From positions 72,551 through 136,550 of the forward strand of contig JAZDNO010000019.1 in NCBI GenBank assembly GCA_043799545.1: a stretch of 64,000 nucleotides of DNA. Reading direction: 5' to 3'. The notes below the pieces were generated by a model that saw only the letters and a list, made by a program, of their open reading frames with translations, ran no database searches and was not told where the DNA came from. The position numbers and the translations under genes are program-made. Below are positions 36,179 through 45,651 of this stretch, piece after piece (the first letter of the stretch is position 1; each line of letters starts with the position of its first letter). Source of the stretch: Methanobacteriota archaeon (GTDB taxonomy: Archaea; Thermoplasmatota; Thermoplasmata; SG8-5; DAIRED01).

Positions 36179-37093
36179 ATGCAGCGCCCGGTTGCGCACA
36201 CCTATCGCAAGCCAGTCGTGGTGGGGACGAGGGACGAGGCCATACGTCTCTGCGGAATATGCCTGGGTGAAATCAAAGGCGGCCTCCCGTTCGCCATTTG
36301 CGACTGCGGCAAGCTCTACCACGTCACGTGCGGTTTCCGCGTCGGCGTCTGCGTCTCCTGCGGCATCCAGATGGACGAGGGGATGAGGCGCGAGCCCGAG
36401 GGCGGGGCGAAGCCTGCTGCTCCAAGGGAGGATGTCCCAACTGAAGTTCCGTCCGAGGTCGAGCCGATGAGGCCGGCCAGGCGGCTTTCGGTTGCGCAAA
36501 AACTCGAACTCCTGGAGGAGCGGCTGCTCACGGGTCACATCTCAGAAAATTTGTACAAAGAGCTCAAAGCCAAGTTCGAGATGGAACGGGAAACGGCGGA
36601 TGGAGATGCAGCCGAGGTTATTGCGCCGGCGCTCGAACCGGCCTTCGCCTGCCCCGAATGCGGTGAGGCGCTGGCTGACGGCGTGGCCTCCTGCCCGAAG
36701 TGCGGCCTTCGGCTCGACGAGAGCTTCGCCTGCCCCGAATGCGGCGCCTCGATGGAGAGGGACCAGAGGCGATGCTCCTGCGGGGCGGAGTTCACGGACG
36801 TCGAGGTCGAATACTCGTGCCCGATGTGCGGAGCCACGCAGAGCGGGGATACCGACGAGTGCGCGGCCTGCGGAGCCGAGTTCGCGGGCGATGCGCTGGA
36901 GACCGGATACGAGTGCCCCGAGTGTGGCCGCAAGGTGGAGGAGAGCGCCGCCGAATGCCAGTGCGGAGCGGTATTCGACAGGGAGGAGCACCAGGGGACC
37001 GCGCTCCAATGCCCCGAGTGCGGGGCGGAGGTCTCGCGCGAGGATTCCTTCTGCCCCGGATGCGGCGCGAGGTTCGCGGACGGCGCCGGCTAG
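36179..37093 (+). CDS. Multi-zinc-finger protein: RING/PHD-like finger, SHOCT-like hairpin, tandem zinc ribbons
   Basis: C-x2-C-x12-C-x-C-x4-H-x2-C-x6-C-x2-C; LEERLLTGHISENLYKELK; five CP(E/M)CG double-ribbon repeats. Confidence 0.8.
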   Translation: MQRPVAHTYRKPVVVGTRDEAIRLCGICLGEIKGGLPFAICDCGKLYHVTCGFRVGVCVSCGIQMDEGMRREPEGGAKPAAPREDVPTEVPSEVEPMRPARRLSVAQKLELLEERLLTGHISENLYKELKAKFEMERETADGDAAEVIAPALEPAFACPECGEALADGVASCPKCGLRLDESFACPECGASMERDQRRCSCGAEFTDVEVEYSCPMCGATQSGDTDECAACGAEFAGDALETGYECPECGRKVEESAAECQCGAVFDREEHQGTALQCPECGAEVSREDSFCPGCGARFADGAG

Positions 37094-38163
37094 CCGGACA
37101 TCCCCCTGAGGAAATTCCTGTAGGCTTCCATGCACTTTCCGACAGACTCGATTTCCACGTACTCGCCGACTGCGTGCCAGTGGTCCCCCGAAGGGCCGTA
37201 GACCGCCGTGGGGAACCTGATTGCCAGCGCGTTGTAGTCGCCCACGGATTTTCCGTAGATGACCTCGGGGTCGCCCGCGGCCCTTGAGAATTTGCCGATG
37301 TGCCCGCGCTTGTCGAAGATGTACGGTTCGAGGAACGGCGTCGGCCTGGGCATCCAGCGCAGCTTGATTGCGGGTCCAGTGTTCAGGCAGGCCAGCGCCT
37401 TGCGCGCCTCTGCCATGACCGACGCCTGCGTGTCACCCGGCACGACGTGCCTGTCCAGGCGCACGAGGCAGTAGTCCGGCACGCTGAGCCCGTCCCCGCC
37501 GCCGGCTATCTTCAGCACGCAGGTCGAGCCCTGGCCCAGCACTTCGTGCGACCTCGGGGCGATGTTCTCCAGCGCGAGTATTACCCTCGCCGCCTTCGAT
37601 ATTGCGTTGGCGCCCTTCTCCGGCCTGGCTCCATGCGCCGCCGTCCCGATGACCTCCGCCTCGACAACGTACCGTCCGCGGCATCCGAGCATCAGGCGCA
37701 GGTTCGTGGGCTCGGCGACTAGCGCCAGGTCGTAATCCCCAGAATCTTTCAGGAACTGGAAGGCGCCGCGGCAGTCTCCCTCCTCGTCCGAGGTGCCGAG
37801 GAACGTGACGTTCAGCCCTGAGTCAGCGAACTCGTTGTAAAGTATTGCCATGATTGCCAGCCCGGCCTTCATGTCGCATGCGCCCAGGCCGTAAAGTTTT
37901 CCATCCCGCACGAGCGGCTTGTACGGGTCGCGCCCGTACTCGCCCGGCGATGGCACGGTGTCCATGTGCCCGACCAGGAGGATTCGCGAACCGCGCCTCT
38001 TCGCAGCGCTCTTCGCGACGACGTTCGGCCCGGCGCCCTCGACCGCCTGCAGGGTCACCTCTCCTTTCAGCATCGAGGCTAGGAACTGGGAGATTTCCGT
38101 TTCCTTCCCGAATTCGCTGGGTATCGAAATCAGCTTCTTCGCCAGGTCAATGACATCCGCCAT
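37090..38163 (-). CDS. M20/M25/M40 metallopeptidase (ArgE/DapE/LysK-like)
   Basis: GHMDTV, GLGACDMKAG, DEEG, AEPT, AAHG, YGP...H...E. Confidence 0.88.
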   Translation of the reverse strand: MADVIDLAKKLISIPSEFGKETEISQFLASMLKGEVTLQAVEGAGPNVVAKSAAKRRGSRILLVGHMDTVPSPGEYGRDPYKPLVRDGKLYGLGACDMKAGLAIMAILYNEFADSGLNVTFLGTSDEEGDCRGAFQFLKDSGDYDLALVAEPTNLRLMLGCRGRYVVEAEVIGTAAHGARPEKGANAISKAARVILALENIAPRSHEVLGQGSTCVLKIAGGGDGLSVPDYCLVRLDRHVVPGDTQASVMAEARKALACLNTGPAIKLRWMPRPTPFLEPYIFDKRGHIGKFSRAAGDPEVIYGKSVGDYNALAIRFPTAVYGPSGDHWHAVGEYVEIESVGKCMEAYRNFLRGMSG

Positions 38164-39337
38164 CTTTCGCACGCTCCACCATTTTCCAGAAATCCTCTTC
38201 GCTCACCCGCCCGCGCAACTCGCCCAAGCGCTTCACCTCGTCGACGATGCCATCCAGCGCCTTTCCTTCGGCCGCGACTCCTCTACTCGCAAGCAGCCTC
38301 CGGATATGCTCGTGCCCCGAGTGCTTCCCCATCGTGAGGCTCCGCTTTCCGCCGACCAGCTCCGGACTGATGGCTTCGTAGGTGAACGGCTCCCGGAGGA
38401 TGGCCGCGACGTGGATGCCGCTCTCGTGCGTGAAGGCGTTTCCACCGACGATTGGCTTGTTCAAAGGCACCCTCACCCCCGAGAGGCTCGAAACCATCTC
38501 CGAAAGACCTGTCAGCTTCTCCAGGTCGATTCCGTGCCTCGCCCCGAGGACCAGCTCGGATGCGACCGCGAACTCCTCCAGAGCAAGGTTCCCCGCTCGC
38601 TCCCCGATTCCGTTCACGGTGGTGGCGAAGCACCGCGCCCCTCCCTTCATGGCTGCCAAGGAGTTCGCAAGGGCGAGACCTAAATCGTCGTGCAGGTGTG
38701 CGGAGAGCGGGGCATCGTATCTGGAAGAAAGCTCTTTCGCGAGGTGAGCCACCCCTTCCGGTGTTGCGCAGCCTGCCGTGTCCGTGAAGCCTATTCGCTC
38801 AGCTCCCTTCTTGATTGCGGCGGAGTAGAGCGAATGGAGATATCTCATCTCCGAGCGCGTGCTGTCCTCCGTGCTGAACGAGAACTTCGCCCCCCTGGAC
38901 TTAGCGTACTCCATGGCCTCGACCGAGCGCTCCAGGACGGTTTTTTTCGAGAGGCGGTACTTGTGCTTTATGTGCAAATTCGAGCTCGCGACGAACATCA
39001 GCATCAGGTCGATGTCCGAATCGACGCAGGCATCCACGTCCTCCCGCTGCATCCGGCAGAGGGCTAGTATTCTCGCCCCAGTTCCGAGCCCTGCCACGGC
39101 CTTGACGCACTGCCTTTCGCGCTGTGATACGACGGGAAACCCGGCTTCGATTTCGGGCACTCCGGCGTCGGCCAGCGCCTCGGCTATCCTGACCTTCTTC
39201 GGCACGTCGAAGCTAACCCCCGGCATCTGCTCCCCGTCCCTCAACGTCGTGTCGTAGACCTGGACCCGCGTCCCGCGGCGCCATCCAGACTCCGAAAGGG
39301 CTCGGTTGTTGAACGGACTCAAAGCGCTCCGTTTCAT
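38147..39337 (-). CDS. Homocitrate synthase / LeuA-family 2-oxoacid acetyltransferase lacking the regulatory domain
   Basis: DTTLRDGEQ, EAGFP, EDSTR, DTAG, HLHDDLGLA, NGIGERAGN, HESGIH, GKHSG; about 396 aa. Confidence 0.88.
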   Translation of the reverse strand: MKRSALSPFNNRALSESGWRRGTRVQVYDTTLRDGEQMPGVSFDVPKKVRIAEALADAGVPEIEAGFPVVSQRERQCVKAVAGLGTGARILALCRMQREDVDACVDSDIDLMLMFVASSNLHIKHKYRLSKKTVLERSVEAMEYAKSRGAKFSFSTEDSTRSEMRYLHSLYSAAIKKGAERIGFTDTAGCATPEGVAHLAKELSSRYDAPLSAHLHDDLGLALANSLAAMKGGARCFATTVNGIGERAGNLALEEFAVASELVLGARHGIDLEKLTGLSEMVSSLSGVRVPLNKPIVGGNAFTHESGIHVAAILREPFTYEAISPELVGGKRSLTMGKHSGHEHIRRLLASRGVAAEGKALDGIVDEVKRLGELRGRVSEEDFWKMVERAKDGGCH

Positions 39338-39423
39338 CGACCCCCGAATCCTGCTTGGACTATTAAACCTCGCACCGCCGGGTTTTGGCAAAGTATGTTA
39401 TACTATGCGCCGATTTATCCGCG

Positions 39424-40194
39424 ATGGACGTTCTGCTGTTCGTCGCCGGCGCCATAGGGTTCGGTCCAGCGCTGGCTGTCCTTTTCCTGCTGCTGCGGGA
39501 CTACGACTACCCCAGGATGGAGAAGGCGCTTTTCAGCGATACCAAGGTCTTCGGGCTCGTCGCGGCGGGCATGATAATTGGGACCGTGGTCTTCCTCATC
39601 GAGTGGCCGCTGTACCAGTCTTTCTACCTCCCCGCGACGGAGGACGGCGGGCTGGTGTTCGACTACGGCATGTTCTTCGTCATCTACGTGGCGCTCTTCT
39701 GCCTCGCCGAGGAGGGGGGAAAGCTGATGGTGCTCCTCTTCCCCGCAATCAGGAAGAAGTTCGACTGCGTGTTCTACGGCGTGGCGATAGGCTGCGGGAT
39801 GTCGGCCGTGGCGGTGCTGGAGATGGTCTTCATCACCATAGGCCAGGCTGGGACGATGCCCGACGCCGCGTGGTTCATCGCGATAGTCCTGTACTCCATC
39901 GCCCTGGCGATGATGCACGCCAGCACCGGGGCGATGATCGCGGAGGCCAGCCAGCGGGGGGACCCGTGGCCGGGCTTCTTTAAGGCCTTCGCGCTCAGGG
40001 CCATCGTGGCGACTCTCATGCTCCCGAACTTCATCACCGGCAACATCTGGTTCTCGGTTCCCCTGATGGTTCTCGTGTCGTTCCTGGCGCTCCAGCACGT
40101 TTCCTCCAAAGTCATCCCGAGCGCCCTCCCCGAGGAGATACGCGCCACCCTACGGAAGAGAAGGGGGCGGAGGCCGAAATCGGCAGATATATAA
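39424..40194 (+). CDS. PrsW-family intramembrane glutamic protease
   Basis: EEGGK (EExxK), downstream E (VLEM) and H (MMHASTG) motifs within multiple TM helices. Confidence 0.7.
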   Translation: MDVLLFVAGAIGFGPALAVLFLLLRDYDYPRMEKALFSDTKVFGLVAAGMIIGTVVFLIEWPLYQSFYLPATEDGGLVFDYGMFFVIYVALFCLAEEGGKLMVLLFPAIRKKFDCVFYGVAIGCGMSAVAVLEMVFITIGQAGTMPDAAWFIAIVLYSIALAMMHASTGAMIAEASQRGDPWPGFFKAFALRAIVATLMLPNFITGNIWFSVPLMVLVSFLALQHVSSKVIPSALPEEIRATLRKRRGRRPKSADI

Positions 40195-40238
40195 ACCTCT
40201 ACGGTAATGATTGTTTAGCTAAAAGTGGAGGGAATGCG

Positions 40239-43200
40239 ATGGCGGTCAAGGGCGAGAGCGTGGGCATGGCAAAGGCGAGGATTTTCGCGATATTGCTGGT
40301 ATTGGCGATGACTGTGACGGCGATGGTGCCGATGGCGTCGAGCGTCGATGTGGCGAAGGCGGATTGCGCTCTGCCGGCGATGGCTGGAACGATGCCAGCG
40401 GCGGCTGCGGAATCGATAGTGGGGGCGGTGCCGACGGCGGCGCCTGAACCGAACGAGTCGAACACAATCGTAGTGCAACCGAATGCGAGCGTTGGAAAGG
40501 ATGCATGGTTATACGATAACAACCCAAACGTGAATTATGGCGATTACAATATTTTCTCAGTAGGAACCTCCGGCACCGGTGAAACCGGGAGGGGTATCAT
40601 GCAATTCAGCTTCCCGACTAGCAACCGCAACATCCTCTCCGCGACGCTACAATTGTACAGCCTAGTCAACAACCGTGTTCCATACGGGGTCAATATCAGC
40701 GTTAACCCTGTCATAGGAGCATGGACGGAGGGGCCAGGCGGGGGCAATAACAATGTGACATGGAACAGCCGCCTCACTGGCACAGCTTGGACGAAACCTG
40801 GTGGCGATTATGACGCTACGAGGGTTGCGTACGTGAACGTTTCGGAAGTCAACACTTGGTACAGCTGGAACGTGACAGCCCTAGTTAAAGCCTGGGCGGC
40901 CGCTACGCTACCGAACAATGGGCTCCTTCTAAATGGGACTGCGCTGAATTGCGCATGGAATTGGATAGACTTCGCATCGAGCGACAATGGTAATGATTTG
41001 TTTAATCCGAAACTTATCATCGTTTACGCTGCCGAGATTTCCACGCCGGTCCCCTCCCAGACGATGTCAGAAGATGCGGCAGCGCTAACGATTCCCCTGA
41101 ACGGGAGGGGAAGCGGGACCGTGATGCACCAGTATGGAACAGGCACAGGTGGAAATCTCCTGCCATTTTTTGGTAGCTCGTACAACCAGATGCACCTTCA
41201 ATCGATATTCACGCATGATATGGTCGGAGCAGAAGGCATCATCACGGAGATCGCATTCAACCGAACCAACGCCGCAGACACTGGAACTTTCAACGATTTC
41301 CGTATCTCAATGGCACACACCGACTTGACCGCTGTAACCACAACATATGCTGACAATTACGATGGATACCTCGTAGAGGTTTTCCCGATGCAGACGATAT
41401 TCGTCAACTCATCGAATGGCAACAGCTGGATTTATTTCGATTTAAACGGAAATTTCACGTACGATTCCAGACACAATTTAGTCGTGGACATCACATGGAA
41501 CACCGATAGCGGCGATGATATTCCCCTCCAGAGGGAAATCGTCACCGGTGGGCGATGCTACGATGGTATTGGCGGAGCCACAGGAACTATCGAAGACCGC
41601 TTGACGGTCACCAGGTTCTCTGTCGACGTCGCCGACAATGTCGCGGTCGAGAGCGGCAACGATTGGAACTACTGGCCGTTCACGGACGAGGTGGACGGAG
41701 TATGGTCTATGCGAATGCAGATGCTATACTATCGCAGCATGGTGAACAAGAGCGGATGCTTGGACACGATATCTTTCCAGGGGGAGGAAGGGATTGCGGA
41801 TTGGTGCGTTCTGGAGAACGTTTCGATACGCCTTGGGCACACGACGCGGACGGACCTCACGAACACATTTAACAACAACATAGTCGGAGCCTGGACGACA
41901 GTCTTCACAAAGGCTTCGTACAATTTCACTTGTCCTGGCGCTCCAGGATACAGATGGGTCGTAATAGACATCGACGATACCTTCGTGTACAACAATGTCG
42001 ACAACCTCATCATTGACATTCGATGGAGAGGGAGCGAATATTCTGGAATTGGGGTGAACGATGGCTTGACGCTGACTGCCAATTGGTCGTGCCCATATGA
42101 TTCTAGATTGTGCGATTCAGACATTGATGCCACGATGGCATTCCCTGATAGTACGCTCTACAATGCTCGCTTCGGCTTCGCCGACTCCGCCAACCTCACC
42201 TGGTCCGCAGTCAGCCAGAACCCGACTCTGTTCACGGCGAACGTGCCGGCCGGCACCAGGAACCTCGTCATCACGCCGCTCCCGAACCAGAACGGCGCGG
42301 GCGTCGCCAGGCTCACGCTCCGCAACTCGAACGGGCTCACCACCTTCCAGGACATACCCGTCACAATCACCGCAGTCAACGACGCCCCAGTGCTGACGCC
42401 CCTGGTGGGCATCAAGTGCGTGGAAGACGTGCCTTACGTCCTCTGTCTTTACAAAAACAGCACAATCACGAACATATCCGACGTGGACAACGCAATTGCG
42501 AACCTCACCGTGACGGAGGATTCGAATAACGCGGTGGTGAACGGCACCAACATAACCTTCCTGTACACCGAACTGGCCAGCAGCCAGAACGTGACGATAA
42601 CCGTCACGGACCCGGACGGGCTGTCCGCAAATAGGACGGTCTTTGTCAATCTCACGAAGGTGAACGACGCGCCGTACTTCCTCAGCTTCCCATCGACGGC
42701 CAACTGCGATGCCACAAGACCTACGCACATCACGTTGGCTCCCGGCGACGAGGAAACCCCGCAGGGCCAACTCAGCATACAGACTTACTCCCCGTACGCC
42801 AGCGTGAGCGGCAACACCGTCGTCCTGACGTACCCGAAAGGGATAGGCTCGGACCAGCTGACCGTTTACTTGCTCGACACCCTGAAATACGGCACCGTGA
42901 ACAACGTCTCGCATCTGCTGCACGTGAGCATCGTGGACCACCCGGAGGTGACGAACCACACTCCGACCGGTAATTCCGTGCCGGTAACGGCAATAGTAAC
43001 GGCCACGTTCGACATGGCCATGAACCGCACGAAGGCGCAGAACGCCTTCTCGCTCAAGCTGGATGCGACTGCCGTCAACGGCACGTTCTCCTGGAGCGCA
43101 GACAACAAGACGATGACTTTCGTTCCGGCAGCTCACCTCACCAACGGCCTTTACACGGTCGAGGTGGCTGCGAGCGCGGAAAGCGCCGCAGGCGCCAAGA

Positions 43201-43748
43201 TGCTGTCTGCCTTCCGCTGGAACTTCACCGCCGCCCTGGGGACGTTCGACGGAGACGGAGACGGAATGCCGGACCAGTGGGAAATCGACAACGGCCTCGA
43301 CCCGACCGTGGACGACGCCCAGAACGACGCCGACGGGGACGGAATGCCGAACATCTACGAGTTCGAGAACGACCTCGACCCGCAGGTCAACGATGCCGAG
43401 CTGGACTCGGACGGGGACGGCGCGACGAACCTCGAGGAGTACGAGGCCGGCACGGACCCCAACGACCCGAGCGACACGCCTGCGGCCCCAATGGATTGGC
43501 TGCCGATACTGATGGCCGTTGTCGTGATTGCGGTAATCGCCGTCGTCGTGCTCTGGTTCTTGCTCGGGCGCAAGAAGAAGCCCGTCCAAACGGAGCCAGG
43601 CCACCCTTCGGCGTACCAGGAACTCCGCGAGCTCAGACCCGAGGTTCCGCCCGAGCGGCCCCCGCAGGAGGGCCAGCCGGCGAACCAGGGCTCGCCAGCG
43701 CCGCCAAGCCAGGGCGACCAGCAGTCTCCTCCCCCGCCGGGCCAGTAG
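40239..43748 (+). CDS. Large cell-surface protein: DNRLRE-like domain, two repeated beta modules, cadherin-like repeats, Ig-like domain, Ca-binding DGDG repeats, TM anchor
   Basis: KDAWLYDNNPNVNYG; VNDAP x2; TPTGNSVP..ITATFD; DGDGDGMPDQWE..NGLDP; TM helix, RKKK, Pro/Gln tail. Confidence 0.85.
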   Translation: MAVKGESVGMAKARIFAILLVLAMTVTAMVPMASSVDVAKADCALPAMAGTMPAAAAESIVGAVPTAAPEPNESNTIVVQPNASVGKDAWLYDNNPNVNYGDYNIFSVGTSGTGETGRGIMQFSFPTSNRNILSATLQLYSLVNNRVPYGVNISVNPVIGAWTEGPGGGNNNVTWNSRLTGTAWTKPGGDYDATRVAYVNVSEVNTWYSWNVTALVKAWAAATLPNNGLLLNGTALNCAWNWIDFASSDNGNDLFNPKLIIVYAAEISTPVPSQTMSEDAAALTIPLNGRGSGTVMHQYGTGTGGNLLPFFGSSYNQMHLQSIFTHDMVGAEGIITEIAFNRTNAADTGTFNDFRISMAHTDLTAVTTTYADNYDGYLVEVFPMQTIFVNSSNGNSWIYFDLNGNFTYDSRHNLVVDITWNTDSGDDIPLQREIVTGGRCYDGIGGATGTIEDRLTVTRFSVDVADNVAVESGNDWNYWPFTDEVDGVWSMRMQMLYYRSMVNKSGCLDTISFQGEEGIADWCVLENVSIRLGHTTRTDLTNTFNNNIVGAWTTVFTKASYNFTCPGAPGYRWVVIDIDDTFVYNNVDNLIIDIRWRGSEYSGIGVNDGLTLTANWSCPYDSRLCDSDIDATMAFPDSTLYNARFGFADSANLTWSAVSQNPTLFTANVPAGTRNLVITPLPNQNGAGVARLTLRNSNGLTTFQDIPVTITAVNDAPVLTPLVGIKCVEDVPYVLCLYKNSTITNISDVDNAIANLTVTEDSNNAVVNGTNITFLYTELASSQNVTITVTDPDGLSANRTVFVNLTKVNDAPYFLSFPSTANCDATRPTHITLAPGDEETPQGQLSIQTYSPYASVSGNTVVLTYPKGIGSDQLTVYLLDTLKYGTVNNVSHLLHVSIVDHPEVTNHTPTGNSVPVTAIVTATFDMAMNRTKAQNAFSLKLDATAVNGTFSWSADNKTMTFVPAAHLTNGLYTVEVAASAESAAGAKMLSAFRWNFTAALGTFDGDGDGMPDQWEIDNGLDPTVDDAQNDADGDGMPNIYEFENDLDPQVNDAELDSDGDGATNLEEYEAGTDPNDPSDTPAAPMDWLPILMAVVVIAVIAVVVLWFLLGRKKKPVQTEPGHPSAYQELRELRPEVPPERPPQEGQPANQGSPAPPSQGDQQSPPPPGQ

Positions 43749-44924
43749 GTGCGCGGTTTGGAATCGACGCCTCCCGTGCGATACGAGGAGCCGCCCCGCA
43801 AGAAGCGCAGCGTGGCCGGAATCATAGCCGTCGCGGCGGTGTTGATAATCGCGTTACTGCTTGTAGCCTCCCCCTGGTTCTGGGCGTTCATGGGCGATCT
43901 AGGGGAGACCCGAGCGTACGACGAGGGTGCCAAGCTCACGGTCAAGAGGACAATCGATTTTTCCGTGAGCGGGCAGGGGGTTGTCGACTACGAGCTGGAC
44001 ATCCCTTTGCCTAAGAACCTAGTTGATTCCGATTCGGCATACGTCCAGAGGTCCACAAAAACCGACCCGGCTCCAACGCCGCTCGACGAGTACAAATACG
44101 GCCAGCACTGGATGGTTTGGGACGGTTCGGATGCGGCCAGCAAGAAGTTCGTCATCGATTACGAGTTCGAGGTCAGCACCATAATCTGGAACATAGCGCC
44201 CTCGGACAGCGCGGACGTCTCCGCCATCCCGCAGGACATGATGGACCGGTACAATGGCGTGGAGTGGAAGATAGACCCGACGCTGCCAGAGGTTGCATCT
44301 TTGTCGAACGAGCTGACGCGCCTCGATGACAACGTCCGAGACAAGCTCCGCTCGATATACGACCACATGAAGGACAACCTCGTCTACGAGACCGGGCGCG
44401 ATGGCTTGCCGAAATCCTGCCTGGAGACCCTACACGAAGGGGCGGGGGATTGCGACGACCAGTCGATTCTGTTTTGCTCGCTTGCGCGGGCGGCGGGAAT
44501 ACCGGCGTGGATGGAGTTCGGCGCTCTCTACGACTCGGGGCAGGACATCTGGGGGGGCCACGCCTGGGCCAAGGCGTACGTTCCGCTGGCGAACGGCGGA
44601 GGCGGGGCCGTGTGCATCGACGTGGTCAACAGGGAGTTCTTCGTCCGCGCCTGCAACAGGTTCTCCGATTGGGAGAGCGACGGGAACGGCACGCACATGG
44701 AGGACTACTACAACACCCTCTCCTATACGTCGGTCCACAGCGTCCAGCTCGAATATTCCGAGACGTACGAGGGTTCGTACGAGGCCACCGGAGGAAAGGT
44801 GAGCGCAAGGATGGAATCGTCTATCCGGCCCGGAATGGCGCAGGAATTCATCGCCGCCAAACCGTCGGTCCGCGCCAGCGCAGGGGTTCAAAGCGATTTG
44901 AAGAGCCCTGCCCGCGCTTCGTAA
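43749..44924 (+). CDS. Membrane-anchored transglutaminase-like protein
   Basis: N-terminal TM helix; GAGDCDDQS, GHAWAKAY, D; starts immediately after the previous stop. Confidence 0.85.
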   Translation: MRGLESTPPVRYEEPPRKKRSVAGIIAVAAVLIIALLLVASPWFWAFMGDLGETRAYDEGAKLTVKRTIDFSVSGQGVVDYELDIPLPKNLVDSDSAYVQRSTKTDPAPTPLDEYKYGQHWMVWDGSDAASKKFVIDYEFEVSTIIWNIAPSDSADVSAIPQDMMDRYNGVEWKIDPTLPEVASLSNELTRLDDNVRDKLRSIYDHMKDNLVYETGRDGLPKSCLETLHEGAGDCDDQSILFCSLARAAGIPAWMEFGALYDSGQDIWGGHAWAKAYVPLANGGGGAVCIDVVNREFFVRACNRFSDWESDGNGTHMEDYYNTLSYTSVHSVQLEYSETYEGSYEATGGKVSARMESSIRPGMAQEFIAAKPSVRASAGVQSDLKSPARAS

Positions 44925-45298
44925 ACGGAGCCGTTGTCGACGAGCCTCTTCAGCCCCATCTCCCAGTTGGAGATGCCATCGGCCCTTGCCCGCGCAGCGA
45001 ACTCTTCCTCGCTGAATTCGCCCCTCTCCTTCGTGAGCGCCTCCGCTGCCGATTCGAGCCTTTCGAACTGAGTGAGCCCGGCTTTTTTCGCCGCAGATGT
45101 TTCAATGGCTTCCATTTTTCCGTCGCTGGACAACGCCGAAAGTGCCAGCCTGGCCTGATGGAGGGTCTCGAACTCGCGCTGCGGCGTCTGGCCGACCGGG
45201 AATCTCTTACCGCACCAAGGGCAGCCGGTGGTCTTGACCGGAATCTGGGCGATCTTCAGCCTGCCGCATCCGGGGCAAGGCATCACAGCGAAACTCAC
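44888..45298 (-). CDS. Zinc-ribbon plus winged-helix-like archaeal hypothetical protein
   Basis: CPGC...CPWC; C-terminal LKRLVDNGSVYE; start uncertain (45298 GTG or 45283 ATG). Confidence 0.65.
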   Translation of the reverse strand: MSFAVMPCPGCGRLKIAQIPVKTTGCPWCGKRFPVGQTPQREFETLHQARLALSALSSDGKMEAIETSAAKKAGLTQFERLESAAEALTKERGEFSEEEFAARARADGISNWEMGLKRLVDNGSVYEARAGLFKSL

Positions 45299-45323
45299 GT
45301 GGGACCATATCGGCGATGGAGAT

Positions 45324-45476
45324 TTATTCTTTCGCCCCGGGGTCGTCCTCCTCCTCGTCATCCTCTTCCTTCTTCCCGAATATCGAAAATATTCTGCTGG
45401 AGAGCCCAGGCTGGCGCTTTTTCTTCCGCGCCTCTATCCTTTCGAGGTCTCCGTAGAGATCTTTCCCGGAATGCAT
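45324..45476 (-). CDS. 50-aa basic/acidic small protein (below the ORF-track cut-off)
   Basis: MHSGKDLYGDLERIEARKKKRQPGLSSRIFSIFGKKEEDDEEEDDPGAKE*; GGAGGGG RBS upstream. Confidence 0.6.
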   Translation of the reverse strand: MHSGKDLYGDLERIEARKKKRQPGLSSRIFSIFGKKEEDDEEEDDPGAKE

Positions 45477-45651
45477 AGCCCCCTCCATTAATGGATAATA
45501 TGAATGGAAGAGTTTATATAGGTTTCCAATTGATGCTATAAATGTGTTTTGATATGTGGCTTATAAAAGTTACTGCATTGTCACGAGAAAAAGAAACAAC
45601 GGGCCTCTGCAAAAGCCTTTTATCGCAAGTGCCGATTGGCCCGCGACGAGC

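Noticed and set aside
43250-43480. Repeated GACGGAGACGG-type sequence resembling a DNA repeat array
   Set aside because: It encodes Ca-binding DGDG protein repeats within the adhesin; there is no repeat-spacer structure, and no CRISPR array was seen anywhere in the window.
42117-43604. Long antisense ORFs (also 53412-54689, 25510-26757, 11492-12535, 61182-62159 and others)
   Set aside because: These are shadow frames opposite well-supported genes, expected with high GC3, and show no recognisable motifs.
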